A stretch of DNA of 64,000 nucleotides from the human T2T-CHM13v2.0 reference genome, Homo sapiens, in the NCBI RefSeq assembly GCF_009914755.1, contig NC_060936.1; one strand, written 5' to 3'. This document shows, piece by piece, positions 1-15,434 of this stretch; the first letter of the stretch is position 1, and each line of letters begins with the position of its first letter. The notes under the pieces were generated by a model, which was not told the DNA's origin, ran no database searches, and saw only the letters and a list, made by a program, of their open reading frames with translations. The position numbers and the translations under genes were made by a program.

Positions 1-837
1 AAATGCAAATGTCCAGTAATGTCTCCACTTGCCCCACCCCCTGCAGCGCTCCAGGTAGGAAAGAATTGCAACCTGCTAGCTGGTGGCCGAATGGAAAAAA
101 GAGTGATTATTCATGGGGTCTCTGATGTCAAATAGTACATACAGCTGAATATAAAAGACCCTCCTTCTCCCCCACAACCTACTCCTTTGCTAAGAGCACA
201 GGTATGAAACACAGATGCAAAATGGAGGAATCCCTCTCATTTGTCCCCCTGGCAGGACATATTTTAGAATAAAACCGGCAAGTACCTTGGCAGGCACCCA
301 GCGTATCAGGTAAATTGTTAACTATCCGACTATTCTTTTACAAGAGCAAAATTGAGTGTGATATTAAAGCAAAGCCTCTTTATTTTAAATGATTAGTTCA
401 TAGTCTTGCTTTGGAGATCCCCAAAATGTCCATGCTAAGAACTTTGAAAAGCAGGCTTTTCTTTTTTCTTTTTGAACAATAGACATAAAATTCCAGACCT
501 AGAGTGACAAATCAACACGTATCAGTTACTTTCATTGTCAAGGGCATTTTGGGTGTTCACACTTTATCACATTACTGGTAACCAAGTATTATTCCTGACC
601 TGTGTGTTTGTTTATAATGTATACAGCAGAAGTTTGCTGGCTAAAGAAGGAAGCAACTGCTAATTCTGAGGAGTCAGAGACAGGGTGCTCCCATCCACCT
701 GTGAGCATTGTCTGTAGACACAATAAATAGCACATCTTGCATGTATCTGTGCTCGATGAGGTCAGGCGCCGTATTGGTTTTACCTGTGTGTCTTCAGTGC
801 CTACCTCAGTGCCTGCTACATATTAGGCATTCCATAA

Positions 838-1625
<788 letters not shown>

Positions 1626-1851
1626 TGTCATCATATTTTTTATTGTGGTAAAATATAACATAAAACTTACTATTTTAATCATTTTTAAGTGTACAGTTAT
1701 TGTGGCATACTGGTTCTAAATAGATTCTTAGAGTGCAAATACTACCCTGGGGGTGGGGGGTTCTCAAAATTCTTTATGCTAAGGATCTTCAGACCTACTG
1801 TGGTTGGAAATCATTGGTAGTCTATTTCCTAATAAGAAGTCATCTAATCTT

Positions 1852-2081
1852 GCAGGAGTTTGAGACCAGCCTGGACCACATGGTGAAACCTTGTCTCTAC
1901 AGAAATTACAAAAATTAGCTGGCATGGTAGTGCATGCTTGTGGCCCCAGCTACTTGGGAGGCTGAGGTGGGATGATCATCTGAGCCCAGGGAGGTCGAGG
2001 CTGCAACAAACCGTGATCATGCCGCTGCACTCCAGCCTGGGTGGCTGAGTTTGTTTGTCTCAAACAAACAAAAACAAAAAG
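1852..2081 (+). mobile_element. 5'-truncated AluJ
   Basis: Alu consensus. TSD aagaagtcatc. Confidence 0.85.
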
Positions 2082-2935
2082 AAGTCATCCAAGCGTGACT
2101 ATTTCCATTGTTGTGTGTCTTCAGGGAGTGATATGTTTAATGCCGATAAAAGTGTTACAATGTTCTTCCTTGTACTGACTTGAAACCTGTCTCCCTGTAT
2201 TTTCCCATTGGTCTTATTGATTTTAGTTTGAGGAAATGGGATTAGTACATTATGTCTTTTTCCAAAGAACAGCCTTTATCAGTGGCTGGCTTTTCATTTT
2301 TTTTCCTTTAAAAGCAACTTACTATAAACTAGAATCTTGGTCAAATCTAACCAAAATTCCTCCTATTGTAATTTAAAATGGAAAAAATTAAAAATTTTGC
2401 TCTTTCTATCAATTCTGGACCTTAAAAGACATGGCTAACTATTAAAAAAATATATAGGGTAATTCAGGGCGCTGAACCCAAACTGGCAACCCTCGCACAG
2501 CATGTGCTACCTCTAGCGTGTGCTTTATTGTCAGAAACTTAATTCCCAGAGGTAGGACAAACACAGGAGATGAAGAGATGTATTTTCGAGTGGAGAGCTG
2601 TGGTCCGCTCCCATTCCCTTTATCTGCAGATACTTCTTGCTTCCTTCCCACCTAGTCAGATTTGTGCCTTCTTTTTGAGGCAGGGGGTGGGACCCAACTC
2701 CGGAGGCAAGGCTTGGACACTGGACCAAACTGAGGACCAGCTAGTTCCAACCCATCTGGTCTGCTGATCTGGAGAGTGAACACGTCCTGCCTTTGGGCCC
2801 CTTAGACCAGCTATCCAGAGATTTTTACTCCTCCAGTGCTACGTGGGGCCGACTGCCCATGAACTCAGTAGGAAGCAGTTACAGAAAATGGACCTCCGCC
2901 CTTCTGCAGCCCCCTTGAGATTAAGGAGTTATCTA

Positions 2936-3272
2936 GGCCGGGCGCGGTGGCTCACGCCTGTAATCCCAGCACTTTGGGAGGCCAAGGCGGGCGGATCACG
3001 AGGTTAGGAGATCCAGACCATCCTGGCTCACACGATGAAACCCCGTCTCTACTAAAAATAAAAAAAATAAAAAATAAAATAAAAATAAAAATAAAAAAAT
3101 CAGCCAAGCGTGGTGGCGGGCACCTGTAGTCCCAGCTACTCAGGAGGCTGAAGCAGGAGAATGGCGTGAACCTGGGAGGCGGAGCTTGCAGTGAGCCCAG
3201 ATCACCCCACTGCACACTGCACTCTAGCCTGGGCGACAGAGTGAGACTCTGTCTCAAACAAACAAAAAAAAA
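2936..3272 (+). mobile_element. AluY-like
   Basis: AluY diagnostics (gaatggcgtgaacc, ggagcttgcag) and an expanded A-rich linker. Confidence 0.9.
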
Positions 3273-3366
3273 TGGAGTATCTAATCTCTGAGCAGGGAGT
3301 GAGGCAGGAGGAGGACTCGACTCCGGAGGCGGGGCTTGGACACTGGACCAAACCAAGGACTAGCTA

Positions 3367-3717
<351 letters not shown>

Positions 3718-3973
3718 CTAGTGTGCCATGTCAGATTACCATTGCTATGGCAACACTCATGTTGAAGCTACTGCCCCTTTCTATGGCAACAACTCTGATA
3801 ACCCAGAAGTTACCACCCTCATCCTAGAAATGTCTGCATAAACTGCACTTTAATTTGCATATAATTAAAAGTGGGTATAGATACGAGTACAGAACTGCCT
3901 GTGAGCTGCTCATCTGGGCACACAGCGCATGGAGCAGCCCTGCTTTCTAATGCCACCACTCACCCTTGGATTC

Positions 3974-4409
3974 TGTGAACCCCAAATATCTGAGACAGAT
4001 CTTAGTTAATTTGGAAAGTTAATTTTGCCAATAAATAGGTGACACAGCCTCAGGAGGGCCTGATGACATGTGCCAAAGGTGGTCAGAGGACTATTTGGTT
4101 TTATACATTTTAGGAAGTCATGAGATATCAATCAACATATATAAGATGAACATTGGTTTGGTCCAGAAAGGCAGGACAACTCTAAGTGCGGAGGGGGCTT
4201 CCGAGTCATAGGTAGATAAGAGACAAATGGTTACATTACTTTGAGTTTCTGATTAGCCTCTCCAAAGGAGGCAATCAGATAGGCATTTATCTCAGTGAAC
4301 AGAGGGGTGACTTCGAATAGAATGGGAGGCAGGTTTGCCCTAAGCAGTTCCCAGCTTGACTTTTCCCTTTAGCTTAATGATTTTGGGACTCCAAGATTTT
4401 CCTTTCACA
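3974..4409 (-). mobile_element. MER4A-like solo LTR nested in the LTR9-like element
   Basis: TG...CA termini. The minus strand starts tgtgaaaggaaaatcttggagtcccaaaatcattaagctaaaggg. ATTC TSD at 3970-3973 and 4410-4413. Confidence 0.8.
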
Positions 4410-6186
4410 ATTCTTTCCTGGGTGAAGCTAAGAACCCTCCTGGGCTAAACCCTAATTTTGGGGCTTGCCTGTCCTGCATCATTTTCAGCCATGTGATAGG
4501 CCCTCCCATTCAACTAGACTCCTGGCTTTACATTTTGATGAGGAATTATTATACTCAGAACACAGTGGGCCTAGTCCTAGGTCACACTCCAATGAATGCC
4601 AAAGGAAGGTTGACTACTGAGTCAAAGACAAAATAACAAAACAAGCCGGTTGGAGCTGCCAGTCCTTACTTGGCTGCCTCTTATGTTTCTCTGATTACCA
4701 GAGCCAGAATTAGCTATGAGTGGGAGACCACGCTCTTTTTCTTCACCTCCCACTGCTTGTTGATTCACGTGGGCATTTCAAAAGGATTCCCAAGTCCAAA
4801 ATAATTTGCAATGAATACAAATATACTTCATTTCTAATTTTGGTCTTTTTTTTCAGTTCAGTATAGGAAAATTCATTTATTTAGTGAAACCCTACATTAA
4901 AGCATCCCAACACAAAGCAGATTCGACTGTAACATAATTGGTGATTGGCTCATCTCATAGGCTTATATGATCAGTGTGTTAACATACAACAGGACTGTAC
5001 CCTTTTACATGATTGAGTGTTTTGGATCTCACTCACACACAAAAACCCTGCCATAATGCTGTATCAATTAGAGCTGTTCAAATGTGAAGCTGCATTGGAA
5101 AATGGGAAACTTTATCACCATATATATGTATATTTTTTGAGACAGAGTTTCGCTCTTTTGCCCAGGCTGGAGTGAAGTGGCATGATCCCAGGTTTTATTA
5201 AAGTCTGCAAAGGGATTTTGTACCTGATAGTTAAATAAAGTAATTAAATAAATACACTTTCTTTAACTGTATGGGAACCAATATCTAAATGTGACTTTTG
5301 TACTTGCTTTCAGAAGTCACTTCTTGGACAAGATCTTGAAAGTTTAGCACCTTGGTAGTTATTTCCACAAGTGATCCTTTGGCAAAACTTACTTATACCA
5401 TGGTATGGAATCAAAAGGAGCTATCTTAACCTGGTTTTCTTTTCTCTCATCTCAAAAAACCACTTCTGCTCATTCAGAATTTATCAGTATCCCTGTAATT
5501 CTTTTTAGTCTTGTTCTAAGAATTACCTGACAGTATTAATAAAGGCTGACTAGCTTTAGTTATGACTCCAGAGTTGGATTTAGCTAAACCAACCCAATTA
5601 GGCCATCAGTGCTAAGGGCAGCATCGGCCTTTCATAGTGACAACCGGCCTATCCCCTTCCTTTCCACCAGGCAGGAAGGAAACACTTTTGTCATTTCTAA
5701 CCAACAAGGAAACATTTTCTGGTTGCTCCTTAACAGAAAACAGGAAATTCTGTTGGTCATTTTCCCATGGTAATCATCTAAATACCTATCTCTTGATAGA
5801 TCCCAGATAATTCTAGGACTGGAAGAGAAGCCTCAGATCATATGGTCCGTTTCCATGACAGCCCTTTATACCCATATTAAAAAGTCTAAGTCGGCTCTCA
5901 GCCATCTCCTCACCATATTACATGGTATTTTCTCTACGGGAGTTGATAGTATTCACCTCCTCTCTTGGAAACAAAAAAGCATTCCTCTTACTCCTCTCTG
6001 AAGCACTGGAGAGTGTCCCCAGTATAGTATTTGATGTCTTTGCATGTAGAGGGACAGTTTTTTCAAAGCAAAAGACAGAGGAGAGGTGATGGGGAAGGAG
6101 GAGAGAAGAGAGAGAGGGAGTAGGGGAGGAGCAGGGGAAGGGGCAGAAGAAGAAGAAGAGACTGTTGCAGATAAAAAGAGACTTGA

Positions 6187-6910
<724 letters not shown>

Positions 6911-7034
6911 CCGGGTTGTTTTTTAAGAGCAAGGAAGAGCACATCTTTCTTTCATTTTTTCCCCACTGTTAATTTTTTGTTGTGATTATTCTAGTGGCAG
7001 AGAAGACATATTATTCAATCCAGGTCTTGCCTGT

Positions 7035-8262
7035 ATTATTTATTTATTTATTTATTTAGACAGAGTCTCCCTCCGTCACCCAAGCTGGAGGGTAGTGGTG
7101 CGATCTCGGCTCACTGCAACCTCCACCTCCCAGGTTCAAGCAATTCTGTGTCTCAGCCTCCTGAGTAGCTACGACTACAGGTGTGTACCACCATGCCTGG
7201 CTAATTTTTGCCTGCATTATTTTTAATAATGATAAAGTAACTCAATAGTTGATCACTAAATCAAATAACTACAAGGCTGGTTTTTTTATTTTTTATTTTT
7301 TAGTGCTAACTACTATATTTCATGTGCTTTATATTTAATTAATAAGTATAGAGGAGGTTATTTTTTCCTTTTGCAGTTGAGGAAACTGAGGCTCAGAGAG
7401 GCTACAGTAACAAGTGCAAGGTTAATAGAGCCAGCAGATGATGAAGGCTGAGATTTGGAAACAGATCTAGTTCCCAAACCTGTGCTTTTTGCACTATCAT
7501 CTTACCTCTCATTCTGTTTGTGGTTTGGGGCCTTGCTAACTGGTGACAGCCAAGTTAGCTGGCAACTAAGAGTGAGTTTCTTAAAATGTAAATCAGACTA
7601 TATCACTTTGCTACAGAAAACCTTCCAAAGACTTCCAGACTGAGTAAAATCCCAATTATTTTCAGAAGCCATAGGGCTCTTCCTGATCCCCTCCATCCCT
7701 GCCACCCCATGCCCCTCATCTCTTTCAACTACCACTTTGCTCGCTCTGCTGCAGCCTGGCGCAATATTCTAAGAACTTTTCCTTAACTGTCTAAGCTTCC
7801 TGCTTAGGCCCTTCCCTTGATATTCCCTCTGCCTGAAATGCTCTTTCCCAGATACCACATGGGTCACTTTCTTCCCTCTCCCCTAATTTCCTTCAGTCTT
7901 TGCTCAAATGTATTCTTCTTCTTTTCAAATACATATAATTTTAAATTTTATTTATTTATTTATTTTTGAGACAGGGTCTCACTCTGTAGCCCAGGCTGGA
8001 CTGCAGTGGCACAATCTTGGCTCACTGCAGCCTCCGCCTCCCAGCCCCAAATGATCCTCCTGCTGCTCTGTCTTCAGCCTTCCAAGTAACTAGGACCATG
8101 GACGTACACCATCCCACCCAGTTATTTTTTATTTCTATTTTTTGTAAAGACAGAGTCTTGCTGTGTTGCCCAGGCTGGTCTCAAACTTCTGGCCTCAAAC
8201 GATCATCCCACCTTGGCCTCCCACAGTGCTGGAATTACAGGCATGAGCCACTGCCCCCTGCC
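7035..8262 (-). mobile_element. Alu right arm (7035-7210) and AluJ (7945-8262), separated by MIR/L2 sequence
   Basis: Alu consensus on the minus strand. Confidence 0.82.
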
Positions 8263-9653
8263 CTTCCTTATCTGTGTTCATCGCACTCATCACTACCTGA
8301 CATTATTATGTACTTATTTATTTATCTATTACCCCTGAGTAGAGTGTAAACTCGGTGAGGACAGCAGTTTTTTCCATTCACTGCTGTATCCCTAGCACCT
8401 AGACCAGTGCCTGGCACACAGTAGCTGCCCAGTAGTACTTGCTGAATCACTGAATGACTCTCAACCTCATGAGTGCGGTGCTGTGAGTCACCGGGTTACT
8501 ACATCATGCCCAGACTGGGCAACCTGGGGGCGCTGAAATGGAATCACCGGTAAAGATCTGCAGCTTCCTCTGTGATGTGGGTGTGGTGGGAAGATTTGCA
8601 TTCTGAATCCATCATTTCCTTGCTGCCGGACTGTGAGCAAGTTTCTCAACTCTCTGTAGTCTTCGTTGTGTCATATGTAAAATGGAGATAATAATTATTA
8701 GATAATTACATAATTATCAGATAATTATGTAGAATACTGAAAAAGTTATCCAGTTCAAACCTCCTTTTTATGGTAAATCAGAAGTTCCCCCTCAGCTCCA
8801 TAAACTTCATTTGCTTTCACAATCCCAGACATCTGATTAGGCAGCCAAGAGCTCTGAGAGGCCTTTGGCCGGAAACTAAGGATTTATGAGAGCCAATGTT
8901 CTCTGTCTCTCCTGTTTGAGCATGTAGATGACATGGAATAACCTCTCTGATGTATTGAATTCGTTTCTCCAGTGTCGTTTATGCTGCCAGATGATCACTT
9001 CCCAGTTTGATAAAAATCACTTCATAATGGGGATTAGATGGTACCAAAATGACAGTGGTCTCTGCTGGATCTGACAAATTCTCTCTCTCTCTTTTTTTAA
9101 CCCCAAATCTCTAGTATGCCAAAAGTTTGCACAAAGGCTTATTGTTGTTATAATTGCCTAGGACTTAATAAATTAGCTATTGTCCTGAGATAACCTCAAA
9201 ACTCCTGGCTAGGAGGTTAAAAACGATTTTTAAGGGAGCATAAATATGGACACACTGGTAAAAAAGTTTTTCATCCCGTGTAGCATTTTTTTTAGGTTTG
9301 AGTGGAAAGTGGTGTGTGACCACAGGAATGTACATTAACAAAAGCAGTAAGCTAATTAAATAACACACAAATGTTGTATTGTCTGGGTATTAATTCTTCA
9401 AGGTCATGTCTTAGTTTATAATGGCAAAGGGAATTTATTAAGGGAGAATTATTTGACAGGAATCTTTTTGTTATTATAAGTTACATGCAGGTTAAGATAA
9501 TCAACAATATTTTTTCTATAAGAACCATAAACAAGAGAAATCCTGCAACATATACTTCTTGCTTATTACATTATGGTGTTTAGCTTACAGGAACTTGGGA
9601 GGAGATAAGAAAAAAGAAGAGAAGAGGAGAGGAGGCAAACACTCATTGGGCGT

Positions 9654-10011
9654 TGTATTCGTCTGTTTTCATGCTGCTGATAAAGACATACCCAAGACTG
9701 GGTAATTTATAAAAGAGGTTTAATGGACTCACAGTTCCATGTGGCTGGGGAGGCCTCGCAATCATGGCAGAACGTGAATGGCACGTCTTACATGGCAGCA
9801 GGCAAGTAGAGAATAAGAACCGAGCAAAAGGGGTGTCCCCTTATAAAACCATCAGATCTTGTGAGACTTATTCACTACCATGAGAACAGTATGGGGGAAA
9901 CCGCCCCCATGATTCAATTATCTCCCACCAGGTCCCTCTTACAACACGTGGGAATTATGGGAGCTACAATTCAAGATGAGATTTGGGTTGGGACACAGCC
10001 AAACCATATCA
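9654..10011 (-). mobile_element. THE1 (MaLR) solo LTR
   Basis: The minus strand begins tgatatggtttggctgtgtcccaacccaaatctcatcttgaattgtagctccc. About 360 bp. Confidence 0.9.
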
Positions 10012-10875
10012 GATGTTAAACTGGAGGTTAATGTTCTAGTCAGTTGGCTATAGCGAGAGAGACTGAGAGTTGCCCTAGTTTCTGAGGTTTAATACCTAAC
10101 AGAGCAGGAAGCAAATGAGCACTGAGCCATGTGTGCACCTTTTTCCTGCCATCCTTAAACAAACATAGCTGCAGTCCAAGGGTGCAAAGGTGGGTTTGGC
10201 ACTGGAGCTGGGTTTCCTGGTGACTTTACTCTCTGTCTTGGCATTTGGTCTGTGTTTATAGTCAAAGCAACAGACATGAGGTAATGAAGCAGAGAAGGGA
10301 ATCACAGAATAATGACCATAACATAAAGGCACTGTTTACTCTGAACCTTTTGAAGGATGGAGGAGGATGTGAGAGTCAGCTGCATTGCATCTGCCTTGGG
10401 GTCATCTGCGGCCTAGACTTGCTCTATTCTGTGTCCATGATCACCCAGTATTACACCACAGCTATTGGAGGTCAAGGGGGCTGTGAAAAGCATGTGATGT
10501 AATCACCCTTCCAGGGATTCCTGTTGAGACTAGTGATGATAGCTGAGTGCCAGGAACTCCTTGGTAGTGGGCATAAAAAGGTGCTTAATAAATAGTTGAG
10601 TAACTTGACTCTTATGCAGCCTATAGTCATGGTCTCCATTCCTTTAAAAATATAACCCAGGGTATGGTAGGGCTACACCTGGGGAACTGAGAGACTGGGG
10701 ACTAGTGTTACTAATGCATCCTTGTTTCATCTGGAGGTGACAGTAGGGATAGGATTCATTTAGGAAAGGCAAATAACACACTGAAGGACATGAGGCTACA
10801 AGAGAGACAGTGGGCCATATCCCACCTCAGGGACCCAAAGGACACAGTCTAAATGGCAGCTTCAAGTGTGACAAT

Positions 10876-11156
<281 letters not shown>

Positions 11157-11319
11157 CCTCTACTAATGTTTTAGGGACTTACACAAGTTTAGTTCAAAAA
11201 GACTTTTTGGAAAGAGCTATGAAATATAATCTATTGCAGCAGTATGGAGACTCAGTGGAGAAACGGCTATGAGCTACCCTTTGACGAAGGTATTGCAGAG
11301 CACCTCTAAGAAGTAACTC

Positions 11320-11941
11320 TTTTTTTTTTAGAAAAAACTTCTGTTTTAGGTTCAGGGATACTCGTGCAGGTTTGTTATATAGGTAAACTTGTGTCACAGG
11401 GTTTGCTGTACAGGTTATTTCATCACCCAGGTACTAAGCCTAGCACCCAGCAGTTATTTTCCACTCCTCTCCCTCCTCCCCTCCTCCACCCTCAAAGGAG
11501 AACCCAGTGTCTGCTGTTCCCTTCTTTGTGTTTATGATTTCTCATCATTTAGCTCCCACTTATAAGTGAGAGCATGTGGTATTTGGTTTTCTGTTCCTGT
11601 GTTAGTTTGCTAAGGATAATGGCTTCCAGCTCCATCCATGTTCCTGCAAAAGACATGATCTGGTTCTTTTTTATGGCTGTGTAGTATTCCATGGTGTATA
11701 TATACCATAGTTCCTTTATCCAATCTGTCATCAATGGGCATTTAGGATGATTCCATGTCTTCGCTATTACGAATAGTGCTGCAATGGAAAGCAGTGTGGT
11801 GATTCCTCAAAAAGCTAAAAGCAGAACTACCATTCAAGCCAGCAATCCCATTATGGGTATATACCCAGAGGACTATAAATCATTCTATCATAAAGACACA
11901 TGCATGTGAATATTCACTGCAGCACTATTCACAATGGCAAA
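11320..11941 (-). mobile_element. Old L1P 3' fragment with 5' inversion
   Basis: Poly(T) plus L1 3' UTR/ORF2 end on the minus strand to about 11787 (ORF 11549-11734 is the ORF2 C-terminus). Upstream L1 sequence follows in + orientation. Confidence 0.85.
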
Positions 11942-12175
11942 GAAATGACTATGAGATGTTAGTGACTAACTGCCAAGGCAACAAGGGACATCAGAGCACA
12001 TGAAGCTTTGCCAGTAGGGTAGGCCATGGCAGGAGGGAACAGCATGGAGCCTGAGACTAAAGAGCCTGGTCCCTCTTGAGCACAGTAATCCAGTCTGGTT
12101 ATCACAAACTGAAATAAATCCAATAATGGAATAGTCAGAGAGCAGAGTCTGGAGTTCAAGTTGTTTCTGGACCTG

Positions 12176-12315
12176 CGTAACGTAACGTAACGTAACGTAA
12201 CGTAACGTAACGTAACGTAACGTAACGTAACGTAGCGTAGCGTAGCGTAGCGTAGCGTAGCGTAGCGTAGCGTAGCGTAGCGTAGCGTAGCGTAGCGTAG
12301 CGTAATGTAACGTCA
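12176..12315. repeat. Compound CpG pentanucleotide repeat (CGTAA)11(CGTAG)14 CGTAA TGTAA CGTCA
   Basis: Counted directly: 28 units, 140 bp, 27 CpG. Confidence 0.99.
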
Positions 12316-13562
12316 GAACAGGCAGCTCAGAGTGGCTCTGTCACCAGGCAGGTAGCATGGCTGCTCTCAGAGGCAGAGATCACCAAAGGATTCAGTAGCA
12401 AGGAGTGCAACTAGAACCCAGTGGTGGAATCCGAGAGCGTGCACGTGTCCCTTTACATGGGAAAAGACTTCCCAGTGAGCCCTTTTGGCAAAAGAGGCAC
12501 CAAATTGAGGAAAACAAATTGTTTCTTAATGGCAGTGACACAGAAGAGTTAGCAGTTTCTGATTTTGCCAAATCCAATCCTTCGTTAACAGCATAAATCA
12601 GGTTAAAGTGGAATATTTGTTTTCACGTTGTTTGTTGTGATTTGAACACTGATGTCATTACTTCCTCATTTCCAGTTTTATGCTTTTCTCTATTTCCCAC
12701 TGGAACCAGTCAGCTAAAGAATATTTGGCTGGTGGACAACAGGAAAATACCATGCATAGCAACTGAATATGTATGTGCTATGGAAAAATCTCCTGGCCCT
12801 ATAAAATCAACAAGGAAAATTCCTAGCACAGATGCAATAGTGACTTCTCACGTTAACTATAGTTCATTTCACGTAATCCTTATGTTCTAGAAACAACATC
12901 TGTTCATCCTGCTGTAGATCTGTTGGAAGCCCAGGCGTGAGAATGCAGGAAAAATTTTCCAAGCCAAATTACTATGTAATACTAATAGTGATACTTCATT
13001 ATGTGAGACACTTGTTGGCGTATTTTTCTTTTAGGCTTCTTGCAAAATGGTGCAGATGGTATCACATAGTGGAGGTAGTGGCTGCTTCTCGGGATCAGGG
13101 CTTGCTTACATGCTCTCCCCACCTCAACTTTCTGCTAAGAGTCACTAGAGGGGCCAAGTGAGACTTTAGATAGGACCAGCATTTGCACAAGGTGGAAGAT
13201 CTCTCCAATACCACACCTGAGGTGAGACAGGAAGAAGAATAGAGCCTACGCCAGTAAGTCAGGTGCTGTCACCATGCTTTGAACTCCATGGACGTTTAGC
13301 AGGCTGTGAGGAGTCTGGGAGGGTGGACAGGAATGGGACCTGGGGAAGGAGAGCAGCAGGAACTTGGGGGGACAGATGTGCGCAGGAGCCTGGAATTGTG
13401 AGCCTGGTCCAATAGGCCAGGCTGTGGTTCCCCTCGAACACAAGAGGGAAGGAGATGCCTCTGCTTTTCCTCAATGAGTGAGTGCTGGGATGGAAAGTGG
13501 AGCAGAGGGTCAGGACCCAGATTGCGATTAGAAAGTTATCATAAAGCCACTAAGGTCAATCA

Positions 13563-13907
<345 letters not shown>

Positions 13908-14414
13908 CAACTGCAAACACCAGCAGCTTAATGTAAAAGGACCCCAGGCCCTCCGGAGAGGTTAAGTTCTGGGCAAGAGGCCAGACCAACAGAACCGGGA
14001 TAATTGGCTTTTTTGCCACCACTTTCTTCTCTCTCTAAGCCATCTTATATTGCATTTGGATTTTTCTTCCTAAAACAAAACTTGAGATACATTACTCTGT
14101 GCTCAGAGAGGTTTGGATGACTCCCTTTTGCCCAATGGACCAAGTTCCAACTCCTTAGCCAGGTGTTCAAGAGCTTTGACAATCTGGCCTTCAACAACCT
14201 TTCCAACCTTATCATCCACTGCTCACCTTCCTAATCCTCCTATTCTGGAGAGAGTGGTGTTTTTTCATTGTCCGCACAGAATTTGCTTTCTTGCTCTCTG
14301 AGAACCCAGGATGAGATGAAAACCGTCTCAACTGTCTTCTCGTCTTGCCATAGGAAATCTGGATTTGTCGACCAGGCTGCCAGTTATGGTAGCCACTTCT
14401 TTGCTCACATGTGA

Positions 14415-15434
<1,020 letters not shown>

